From Nitrosomonas europaea (lineage in GTDB: Bacteria > Pseudomonadota > Gammaproteobacteria > Burkholderiales > Nitrosomonadaceae): a DNA stretch of 32,000 nucleotides. The position numbers and the translations under genes were made by a program. Below the pieces are notes generated by a model. The model ran no database searches and was not told the origin of the DNA. It saw only the letters and a list, made by a program, of their open reading frames with translations. Shown here piece after piece: positions 17,003-25,458 of this stretch (its first letter is position 1; every line of letters begins with the position of its first letter). The stretch covers positions 1 to 32,000 of the forward strand of contig NZ_FUWK01000016.1 in NCBI RefSeq assembly GCF_900167395.1, written 5' to 3'.

Positions 17003-18949
17003 ATGATTGAGCCTGCCTCCCCGGAAAATAATCAGATCGATAGTGATAGTGACGAAAAGTTTGACTATGTCGTCATCGGCTCCGGTGCAGGAGGTGGGCC
17101 AGTCGCCTGCAAACTGGCTCTGGCAGGATTTCGTGTGCTGTTGCTGGAAGCCGGAGGAGATGATGAGCCCTGTGATTACAGGGTTCCGGCATTTCATGCA
17201 CGTGCTTCGGAAAATGAAGCGCTTCGCTGGGATTACTTTGTTCATCATTATGGCGACAAAGTCCGGCAGGAATATGATTGCAAGTTCAGCAAAGAAAAGA
17301 ATGGTGTGCTTTACCCTCGCTCGGGCACATTAGGCGGATGTACCGCACATAATGCCATGGTTCTGATGTATCCCCACAATAGTGACTGGGATTACATTGC
17401 CAAACTGATGAATGATCCCAGTTGGCATAGCAGAAATATGCACAAATACTTCCGCCGTCTGGAACGCTGCGAATATGTTCCAAGATGGAAAATCTGGAGT
17501 CGCCATGGATTTGACGGCTGGTTGCCAACCAATCCAGCTAACCGCTGGATGCTGTTGAAGGACAAAGTCCTGACAAAACTGACGATCGCCGCAGTGAAAG
17601 AATCCCGGCGCATGATGCATCCGCTCAAACGTTTTTTTCTGGGGATTCTGAAATTTATCATTCGCTTCGATCCCAATGACTGGCGTTTGATTCGCAGGAT
17701 TCCTGAAGGACTGTGCAAAATTCCGATGACGATCCAACACGGCAAGCGGGCAGGTACCAGAGAGTACATCCTGCGGGTTCGGGAACAATGCCCTGACAAA
17801 TTGATAGTAAGAACCCACTCATTGGTCCAGCGGATCCTGCTCGACGAACATAACAGAGCTTACGGCGTGGTGTATCGTGTGGGCGCTCATCAATATCGCG
17901 CTGACCCCCGGCACGAAGAATCAGTTGTCTCCGAAGCCAAAACAGTTTGTGCAAAACGTGAAATCATCATTGCTGCGGGTGCTTTCAATACGCCTCAACT
18001 GCTCATGCTATCCGGGATTGGTCCGCGGGAAGAACTGGAAAAACATGAGATCGAGGTAAAAGTAGAACTGCCAGGTGTCGGAAAAAATTTACAGGATCGC
18101 TATGAAATCGGCGTGGTAACGAGACTCAAAGAAAACATTCCCCTGATCAAAGGAATGAAATTACGCCCGCCAGAACCTGGAGAAGAGCCAGATCCGCAAT
18201 ACGCGCTGTGGCTCCAGGAAAAAGGACCTTACACCACGAACGGTGCAACGATTGCGCTCATCAAGCGCTCTTCTGCCAAACATCCAGATGACGATCCGGA
18301 TCTGTTGATTTTTGGATTGCTCGGTAATTTCAGCGGCTACTATCCAGGCTATGCTCGTGATATTACCCGAGATAACAGTCGCTATCCTAATGCGCTATGT
18401 AATAAGAATGGCGACCACTCTGATACCTGCAAAGAAAATATCTTTACCTGGGCCATTCTCAAGGCACACGCAAGCAACACGGGATATGTCACCTTACGAT
18501 CCAGCGATCCGCGCGATGTGCCTGACATCAACTTCAACTACTTTCCTGAAAATGAGGATGACAGCAGTAGCAAGAAGGATCTGGATTCAGTAGTAGAGGG
18601 CGTGGAAACCGTTCGCAATATTCTCGAAGATTGCGGGGATCTGGTTGATGAAGAAATTCTACCGGGTGCAAACGTCAGCAGCCGAGATGAAATCCGTCAG
18701 TTCATCAAGGATCAGGCCTGGGGGCACCATGCTTCCTGCACCTGCAAAATGGGACCGCGAAGCGATGAAATGGCCGTCGTCGACAGCCGGTTCCGTGTTT
18801 ACGGAACCACTGGCCTGCGGATTGTCGATGCTTCAATCTTTCCCAGAATACCGGGTTTTTTTATTGTATCCGCCATCTACATGATCAGTGAAAAGGCCGG
18901 TGAAGTCATTATTGAAGATGTAAGGAGTAAACTTGGAAACCACAGCTGA
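17003..18949 (+). CDS. GMC-family FAD-dependent oxidoreductase (choline dehydrogenase / alcohol oxidase superfamily)
   Basis: The Rossmann motif is FDYVVIGSGAGGGPVACKLALAGFRVLLLEAGG. The C-terminal GMC signature region is AWGHHASCTCKMGP...VVDSRFRVYGTTGLRIVDASIFP. The start is taken at the ATG at 17003 (AGGAGA Shine-Dalgarno sequence 6 nt upstream). The ORF is open to 16925. Confidence 0.85.
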   Translation: MIEPASPENNQIDSDSDEKFDYVVIGSGAGGGPVACKLALAGFRVLLLEAGGDDEPCDYRVPAFHARASENEALRWDYFVHHYGDKVRQEYDCKFSKEKNGVLYPRSGTLGGCTAHNAMVLMYPHNSDWDYIAKLMNDPSWHSRNMHKYFRRLERCEYVPRWKIWSRHGFDGWLPTNPANRWMLLKDKVLTKLTIAAVKESRRMMHPLKRFFLGILKFIIRFDPNDWRLIRRIPEGLCKIPMTIQHGKRAGTREYILRVREQCPDKLIVRTHSLVQRILLDEHNRAYGVVYRVGAHQYRADPRHEESVVSEAKTVCAKREIIIAAGAFNTPQLLMLSGIGPREELEKHEIEVKVELPGVGKNLQDRYEIGVVTRLKENIPLIKGMKLRPPEPGEEPDPQYALWLQEKGPYTTNGATIALIKRSSAKHPDDDPDLLIFGLLGNFSGYYPGYARDITRDNSRYPNALCNKNGDHSDTCKENIFTWAILKAHASNTGYVTLRSSDPRDVPDINFNYFPENEDDSSSKKDLDSVVEGVETVRNILEDCGDLVDEEILPGANVSSRDEIRQFIKDQAWGHHASCTCKMGPRSDEMAVVDSRFRVYGTTGLRIVDASIFPRIPGFFIVSAIYMISEKAGEVIIEDVRSKLGNHS

Positions 18950-19036
18950 TCACTTATCAGCTTCTGTAAACCCTGAGCATTTCGAGTTCGATTTTAACGC
19001 CGCAATGCACCCTTCAGTGAGATATTGAACGGGTTC

Positions 19037-21898
19037 TTACCGAGTAAATACTTCATCCCCCTCGGCACCGCGCCGGGGTTTCCATTGAGTGCTGTAGTAT
19101 TCTCCGCGATCTCGCGCCCAGGGATCGAACAGGTTGACCACACCCTGAAGCTCATCCGCCAGCTCGGGCAACGTTCTCAACAGGACTCGCTTCAGCGGAG
19201 AAACCGGTTGCCGGTGACCATTGTACGTCCCCTCTTCCATTATTTCCGGGCCCGGCCCATTGTGCATTACCCACTCCACTCCCAGAATGCTATAGAACTC
19301 CGGGCGAAAACTCGAAGTAAAAAACCGGTCGCTGAAGAGTCTGCGTGAAGCATTGAGAACGAACACGACGAACTGGGTTTCTGAAATGGCAAAACCGTGC
19401 GGCCGTTTGAATTCCGCCAGCCAGCCGACGACCGTATCGACATCCTCGATATTGTCTACAAGACTGCCGTCGGGATGCCCCAGACAATCGTTAATGGGTG
19501 ATTTGTCGTCATTCAGCTGGGCGTTTGTGATCAGTCTGGATGCATCGCACCGGTGCTGTCCGTATACCTCACGTAATGTCCGCACGAGCTGCTCCTGTTC
19601 GCGACGAACAGACGAATCTCCGGGCACGCGCGGATCGATGAAATCATCGAAGCTGGTCAATTGCTTCAACCCGTACTGCCGACGAAACTCGTTATAGCGC
19701 GGAATGCCCCGCTCCCGGTCGCGAATGAGATCGAGTGCAGCAATGTCGATTTGCCGGGTGGATGATTGCAGATGAGGGATCTTCAGGTTTTGCAAAAACC
19801 GCGGATGATTCTGGAGCGTCAACGCACCTGCCCGCTGACGACCCATGCTGAGCGCCCAGTTTGCCAGGCCTTTCTGCCGCATCGCCCCGGTGGCTTTACC
19901 GCGAAAGGTATCGATGACAGGTATTTTTTGCCGAATGATATTCGGATTGTTATGCCATTCACGGTATTCGATCAAATCCGGCAACAAAGGATGCAGTCGA
20001 TATACCGTGACGAACTCTTCAGGAAAACTGAAAGGAGAACCAAAATGGTTGACTCCGCCATTGATATCTTCGTTGCGGGTGAGTGTCCAGATATCCTTTC
20101 TGTTGCGATCGACCAGGGAATAGAGCGGCGCGCCTTCATAGCGATGATTGCCTAACCCGAAAATACCTGCTCCACCAGCGAAAGCGGCATGAAGACTGTT
20201 GCTGATACCTTCGGTATCGTCCAGCTGGCGGATAATTTCTCTCAGTACCTCGGATACCGCCGCATGTTCGTGAAATAACCCATGCCAGTTGGCGTTCATC
20301 CCCCGATACAGCGGCTCGTTGTACAGCAGCTGCGTCGTCCACTCAAGGGTATGGATCTTGGCGATCTCGGCGGCAATCACCAGTCGGGCTACATTGAATA
20401 ATTCGCCTGCCGTGACATCCCGGTAACGAATGATCATCTCAGGGTGCGCCGGGTTCCTCAAGCCGCTGTCAGCATCAGGTGTTTTGGCTGCCTGCTTGCG
20501 GAATTCCTCAACAAAAGCATTGTGCTCTCTGGCAAAGACATTATGAAAAAAACTCAATCCAATGGACCAGTTGTCCGGAAAAGCGGCTGCTTCCTGACCT
20601 GACCATGCCGGATCGATCGGATCATCCACTTCAAAGGTCGGCAAGTATCCGGATTCATCGCCTCTATCCACGCTTTCTCTTACATGAATCAGCGCTAATT
20701 TGGCAGCATCCTCGGGATCCCGTTTCACCCGCTGACTGGAGCGCTCGTCATAGCCATAAAGCTGTGAGGCATCCCACCAGGCTGTCACATGATTACGTGT
20801 CGTTTTCGGCGCGCGTGTGCGATAAAGGTGGCCGTCGTGCATGAACGATGCGGGCGGTGTGTCATCATCGATCGGTGCAACATGGATTCTGTCACCCGGC
20901 CGGCAGCCCAGCTGGCGGGCTTCCTTCGCTGCCAAAGGCTGTTCGATGTTGTCAATTCGCTGAGTTATACAACCCACCGTCATCCACGCTGACTGGTCAG
21001 ATTCCTCTTCCACATGAGAAAACCAGTCATGGGTCATGAACTGAATCCAGAAAGCTGCCAGCACATTCAGGGCCGGTGCTTTTTTGTAATCACATGCGAA
21101 TTTCTCAAGATCGCCAGATAACTCGTCGTCGTTCCGGCATTTATCAGGCTGTGACTGCGTGCGCGTAAACAATTTCCGGCTGATGACCTGCGGATCGGGT
21201 TTCAGCAAACCCAATCGATCTCCATGACGATTCCTGGCCATCTCATCGAGGCCCAGATCAGGAAAGGTCGTATCGAACTGGACATTGCGCGCAAAGATCT
21301 GATGAGTCGAGCCCATCAACGGATTGTAGATATCGTTACAGATACCGGTAACAGTACGAAAACGAATCAATTCGCCACTGCAAACCTGATGTTCCTGATT
21401 ATGCTCAACGTCCTTGTAACGAGGATGAGTTGGCGGTAACTGCATTTCCGGCCAGACTTGTAAAACAGGGCCTGCCCTGCCATCACGGCCTGTCACATAA
21501 GCCTGGTAAGTACCGCTATTGTCAAAGAGATTGAATTTGATCAGCTCGATCCGCTGCAACTCCAGTTCATAAAGCGCACTGTTGATGCCACGTTCATTCG
21601 GACCGAAAAACGAGCTGGCCAATGGCGAAGAAGATAATGACAAGCTGTCACCTGTTCCCCAGAAATTTGGCCAATCCAGCCAGGGATTCCGGTTGAGCGC
21701 CACAGCATGATCTCCACCAAGACAATGCGCCCGTCTCCCGGTGACCTTACCGAGAAACCGCTGTTCTCTCGTCTTGGCAACGTGCTGAATGTCACCTTGC
21801 ATGAGCACAGAGAGACAGGATATTTCAGGTTCCAAAGCATCACATCCGCTCAAAAGCAGTAATCCTGTCAGTACGATAACTATCGGAAAGTGGCTCAT
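19037..21898 (-). CDS. Haem peroxidase of the peroxidase-cyclooxygenase superfamily, alpha-dioxygenase/PIOX-like, lipoprotein
   Basis: 953-aa ORF. The lipoprotein signal is MSHFPIVIVLTGLLLLSGC. It carries FRTVTGICNDIYNPLMGS (animal-haem-peroxidase type motif), the distal motif AAFWIQFMTHDWFSH, then FAREHNAFVEEF and IAKIHTLEWTTQLL. The Tyr/proximal-His motif EEFVTVYRLHPLLPD corresponds to plant alpha-DOX ...YRMHSLLPD and COX ...YHWHPLL. Confidence 0.85.
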   Translation of the reverse strand: MSHFPIVIVLTGLLLLSGCDALEPEISCLSVLMQGDIQHVAKTREQRFLGKVTGRRAHCLGGDHAVALNRNPWLDWPNFWGTGDSLSLSSSPLASSFFGPNERGINSALYELELQRIELIKFNLFDNSGTYQAYVTGRDGRAGPVLQVWPEMQLPPTHPRYKDVEHNQEHQVCSGELIRFRTVTGICNDIYNPLMGSTHQIFARNVQFDTTFPDLGLDEMARNRHGDRLGLLKPDPQVISRKLFTRTQSQPDKCRNDDELSGDLEKFACDYKKAPALNVLAAFWIQFMTHDWFSHVEEESDQSAWMTVGCITQRIDNIEQPLAAKEARQLGCRPGDRIHVAPIDDDTPPASFMHDGHLYRTRAPKTTRNHVTAWWDASQLYGYDERSSQRVKRDPEDAAKLALIHVRESVDRGDESGYLPTFEVDDPIDPAWSGQEAAAFPDNWSIGLSFFHNVFAREHNAFVEEFRKQAAKTPDADSGLRNPAHPEMIIRYRDVTAGELFNVARLVIAAEIAKIHTLEWTTQLLYNEPLYRGMNANWHGLFHEHAAVSEVLREIIRQLDDTEGISNSLHAAFAGGAGIFGLGNHRYEGAPLYSLVDRNRKDIWTLTRNEDINGGVNHFGSPFSFPEEFVTVYRLHPLLPDLIEYREWHNNPNIIRQKIPVIDTFRGKATGAMRQKGLANWALSMGRQRAGALTLQNHPRFLQNLKIPHLQSSTRQIDIAALDLIRDRERGIPRYNEFRRQYGLKQLTSFDDFIDPRVPGDSSVRREQEQLVRTLREVYGQHRCDASRLITNAQLNDDKSPINDCLGHPDGSLVDNIEDVDTVVGWLAEFKRPHGFAISETQFVVFVLNASRRLFSDRFFTSSFRPEFYSILGVEWVMHNGPGPEIMEEGTYNGHRQPVSPLKRVLLRTLPELADELQGVVNLFDPWARDRGEYYSTQWKPRRGAEGDEVFTR

Positions 21899-21953
21899 CT
21901 GAAATCCAGAAGCTCTACCAGGCTATTAGAAATTCATACGAATCCCGCGAGAA

Positions 21954-23621
21954 TCAAACCGTTACCCCATTCGGGATGATTCTTGGATTCATCCGGTCAT
22001 AGGGAACAGGTCGGCTGCTGTTTCTTTGATCGATTCGTCCTTCTATTTCCTGGAGCCGTTTTCTGAAGCGCTCTATGACATCACGTGCTGCCGGGTCAAA
22101 TTGCCGCAACGGATACTGGCCGATACGATTGACAGTAAAATTTGTCTGGAAATAAGTCCAGGTTTGCGAATATGCCGCCCGGAATGCGGGTTGAAACTTC
22201 AACAGCCCGTCTGCATCCATTTCCGCACCTTTCCCCACCGGGGGAGGTGCATAAGCCGAATGAGGCATATTGGGAACAAAACCCGGATATTTGTACTGGT
22301 TGAAATGAATGCACGAATGGAATGCCGTACATAGAAAAATGACATGGCCAATAGTCTCGGCCAGTTCCTGTCTGGATGCAAACCTGGCGGGAAACCCGGG
22401 AATTCTGCCGCGATCCCGGGCGCCGATATCATGCGCCCAGGCCTGAATCTCGCAATCTTCAGCCACATCCCCATCCGATTGATAGCAGACATCGATATAT
22501 TCTGTGGCGAAGTGCTGGATTGCATTCCATAACAACACACCATCATCACGATACGGATAAAAGAGATCAGGGTTATCGACTTCCCGGCTGGCAATATCGT
22601 TAGGGAAGGCCGATGCCCTGAAGTCAAAACTTGTCATACCATTGGCCATGCACTGAGTCGTCGCATCATAATCTCCGGCAAACAGCTCACCATACCGGCC
22701 GGGGCGCCCTTTTCGATCCCGCAGGAAGGTGTGCTGATGATTGACGTTGAGTGTATGTCGAAGATGCGGATTCAACAGCACACAGAGCGGATGAGATTTA
22801 TAAAGCTGCCGGCGTGAGGCCATGATAATGGCTTCCATCACATAATGAATGCGGGTGGCATGGGTAACCAGTATATGGTGATTACCATCTGCGACCTGGG
22901 CAAACGTTTTGGCTGCCAGCCACAGATTGCCATCGTTTGGAGTATAAATGGGATTGTCAGGCCCGGCATCCTGATACAGCTGGATGGCAATCGGCCGCAA
23001 TATGCCATCTGCTTGCAGAAACAGCACCACAATCGGGGTTGTGACATATTGTTTACGGCCGCCATCGATTTGTCCGGGATTGCGCTGCAATATCTCCAGA
23101 TCTGCATAATCCAGGATATACACACGCTTTTGCGTAATTGCAGTCGCATAGTCAGTTTCATCAACATACTTTGCAAAAACACGCTGGATTTCAGATTCCG
23201 GTAATTTCTGTGGCAGCGGATGCTGAGAAGTCACGGCGCGCAATACGACAGGATTTACCCCGATGACACGTTGCAGGCCAAATATCAGATCCTGCTGAAA
23301 GTTATCGACCAGTGCCGGATTCGGAGGGCTAAACGGATAAAAAATATAGTCGCGGTAGCTTTCCATCGGTTTGCCAAGCAAATAGCGCATATACGTCACC
23401 AGCAGACTCGGCAGACTTGGAATCAGCTGCAGCAAATTGATCCCGCCACGCAGCCAGTATCCAGGCCCTGGTATCTCCCGACATGGCAGTTTGCGTACCA
23501 CAGCAATCGTATTGGCATACTCGTAGGCATATTGATACTGCGCCTGTCTTCGCAGCAGATAATTTTTCCTATTCTCTACCGTGCGTCTGTTTTCTTCCTG
23601 TTGTGGCAGCTTGTTCATCAT
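21954..23621 (-). CDS. Lipoxygenase, short form without N-terminal PLAT domain (mini-LOX)
   Basis: The motif WLAAKTFAQVADGNHHILVTHATRIHYVMEA contains the H-x4-H metal ligands (His codons at 22877-22875 and 22862-22860). FHSCIHFNQYKYPGF contains the H-x3-H ligands. The C-terminal ...RIIPNGVTV corresponds to the canonical IPNSISI carboxylate ligand. The start is taken at the ATG at 23621 (AAGGAG Shine-Dalgarno sequence 7 nt upstream). The ORF is open to 23651. Confidence 0.9.
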   Translation of the reverse strand: MMNKLPQQEENRRTVENRKNYLLRRQAQYQYAYEYANTIAVVRKLPCREIPGPGYWLRGGINLLQLIPSLPSLLVTYMRYLLGKPMESYRDYIFYPFSPPNPALVDNFQQDLIFGLQRVIGVNPVVLRAVTSQHPLPQKLPESEIQRVFAKYVDETDYATAITQKRVYILDYADLEILQRNPGQIDGGRKQYVTTPIVVLFLQADGILRPIAIQLYQDAGPDNPIYTPNDGNLWLAAKTFAQVADGNHHILVTHATRIHYVMEAIIMASRRQLYKSHPLCVLLNPHLRHTLNVNHQHTFLRDRKGRPGRYGELFAGDYDATTQCMANGMTSFDFRASAFPNDIASREVDNPDLFYPYRDDGVLLWNAIQHFATEYIDVCYQSDGDVAEDCEIQAWAHDIGARDRGRIPGFPARFASRQELAETIGHVIFLCTAFHSCIHFNQYKYPGFVPNMPHSAYAPPPVGKGAEMDADGLLKFQPAFRAAYSQTWTYFQTNFTVNRIGQYPLRQFDPAARDVIERFRKRLQEIEGRIDQRNSSRPVPYDRMNPRIIPNGVTV

Positions 23622-23686
23622 GTGACGCTCCTTTAAAAGGATAAAATTCATCCAGTTCCCGGATTACTTCACTGCGACATCCTCAT

Positions 23687-25288
23687 TCAAGCAACAGCAG
23701 AGGTTCTGAAACTTGCAATAACCGTATCGCTGTCCCTGACATTACGTTTAACGATATCTGCAAGCAGACTGGTTTCTTCGATGATCGATTGCCCGACGGA
23801 CGAGAAGGTCTTTTCATTATGTACGTAGCCCGATACCAGTGGATTGGTCAGAGCATGGGTAAATGCATCGTAACCCACCATCCGCACCATCAGGCGCCCC
23901 AGACTAAACCCTTCATCGTGATCTTCCGCAAAGATACCGACCTGCCACTCCAGGTCATCGATGCGATCGTTATACAGTTCCTTCAACTCCCGTTGCAGCG
24001 CCGGATCTGCTGTCAATTCCTCAAAACTTCTCAAACGCGGCATGCTGAATGCCTGGCGGTAATCATTGAATGAGCGCAGTTTGGCCTGACGCCCCATCTC
24101 TACGCTGCGTTCCATGACACTCCGGTTATCCGCACCCACAGGCAATGGATCAAAAAAGAACTGAGGCGTGTTGTACAAACCGACACGGCCGGCTTTTTGC
24201 TGCGAGGCTGCTGATATCATGGTTCCAATACCATATTGGTGTGTGACCAGCGCGGTATTGTTGCGAAACTCATCGAGCGTGTATCGCTGATCACCGACAA
24301 AGTAGTATTCCGGCACCATCGAATGCCACCTGTAGAGCAGATTGAATTCCAGAGAAATCCAGTTGGTGCGATACCAGCGCTGCCTTTCCGCCATCCCCGG
24401 TGTAGGATCGAGCGTAAAACCAAATTGTGTAAAATGCGAAACATAATCCTGCAACACCACTTTAATCAGCAGCACGATCATGATGTTTCTGGCTGTCTGG
24501 AACAGACGTTCATCATCCCAGGTGGGATGCGCTTCTTTGAGCACGTCACAGATCCGATTGTGTTCACGCAACATGATAGTATTCATGAGGGTATAGCCAA
24601 TCGATGAATTACCATGTTCCAGCCCGGTGGCAAACATACGCTTCAACCGTTCTTCCGGGACATTGTCAAAAACAAATTCCAGAACAGCGCGGGGATGCAG
24701 ATTCTCAAATTCCCTGTCAGCAAACACCCAATTATCTGCAGTCGTTTCTTCTACATTGAAAAGGTAAGGAGGAAAAATTTCTCCATCGATGACCTGATAT
24801 TTCAGCTTGCCATCCTTTTTCAACCGCAGCAAATGCGTGATGTCTTCACGCAAGCCATAGATCTGGCACAGATCGATTTCGTGATTTGATGTATTTTTCC
24901 GGCGATCGAAAAAATCTGTCCGCAGAAAACTATCGGTGAACCATTGAGCGAAAAAAGAAAACAGGATGCTGGTATCAACTGACGGGATTTCCCTGTTTTC
25001 TTTTCTGCGCCACAGATTGACAACACTTTTCAGATCCGGAAGATTCTGTTCTCCTTCCGCTTCCGGCAGATGTCGTCCGGTGAATGTCCGGTCTGTCAAT
25101 GCCTGCCATGTGGTATAGGGAGCGGCCATGGAGAATGGCCTGGGACGGGGGTTTGTGGCATAGGCCTGCCAATTGATAAAAGTATCGCTGATCCAGCGCC
25201 GCAACCACGTTATGCGCGAGGCGACTCGACTGATCCATGGGAATCGGTTCACAAGCCGAAAAATGATCTGAAAAAAGAATTCATTCAT
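23687..25288 (-). CDS. Cyclooxygenase-like haem protein (prostaglandin-endoperoxide synthase homologue, catalytic domain only)
   Basis: 533-aa ORF with an AGGGGA Shine-Dalgarno sequence. There is near-colinear similarity to animal COX motifs: LFSFFAQWFTDSFLRTD (COX: FFAQHFTHQFFKTD), HEIDLCQIYG, TIMLREHNRICDVLKEAHPTWDDERLFQTARNIMIVLLIKVVLQDYV (COX: [47 protein letters not shown]), and EFNLLYRWHSMVPE (COX: EFNQLYHWHPLMP). There is no signal peptide or EGF-like region. Confidence 0.88.
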   Translation of the reverse strand: MNEFFFQIIFRLVNRFPWISRVASRITWLRRWISDTFINWQAYATNPRPRPFSMAAPYTTWQALTDRTFTGRHLPEAEGEQNLPDLKSVVNLWRRKENREIPSVDTSILFSFFAQWFTDSFLRTDFFDRRKNTSNHEIDLCQIYGLREDITHLLRLKKDGKLKYQVIDGEIFPPYLFNVEETTADNWVFADREFENLHPRAVLEFVFDNVPEERLKRMFATGLEHGNSSIGYTLMNTIMLREHNRICDVLKEAHPTWDDERLFQTARNIMIVLLIKVVLQDYVSHFTQFGFTLDPTPGMAERQRWYRTNWISLEFNLLYRWHSMVPEYYFVGDQRYTLDEFRNNTALVTHQYGIGTMISAASQQKAGRVGLYNTPQFFFDPLPVGADNRSVMERSVEMGRQAKLRSFNDYRQAFSMPRLRSFEELTADPALQRELKELYNDRIDDLEWQVGIFAEDHDEGFSLGRLMVRMVGYDAFTHALTNPLVSGYVHNEKTFSSVGQSIIEETSLLADIVKRNVRDSDTVIASFRTSAVA

Positions 25289-25458
25289 AGCGCATCCCCT
25301 TTTTGTCAGTGATAACTTACATTTCCTTCAGCTGCTGGAACTTTGGTCTTAGTGTGTATGCGGCTGCCTGGTAGCTGTTTTTTCTCCCTTTCTCAAAGTG
25401 CACTCAAAAATGAAAAGTGCGATTCATCAAATCCTGTTCTCAAGACAAAGCAATCAGC

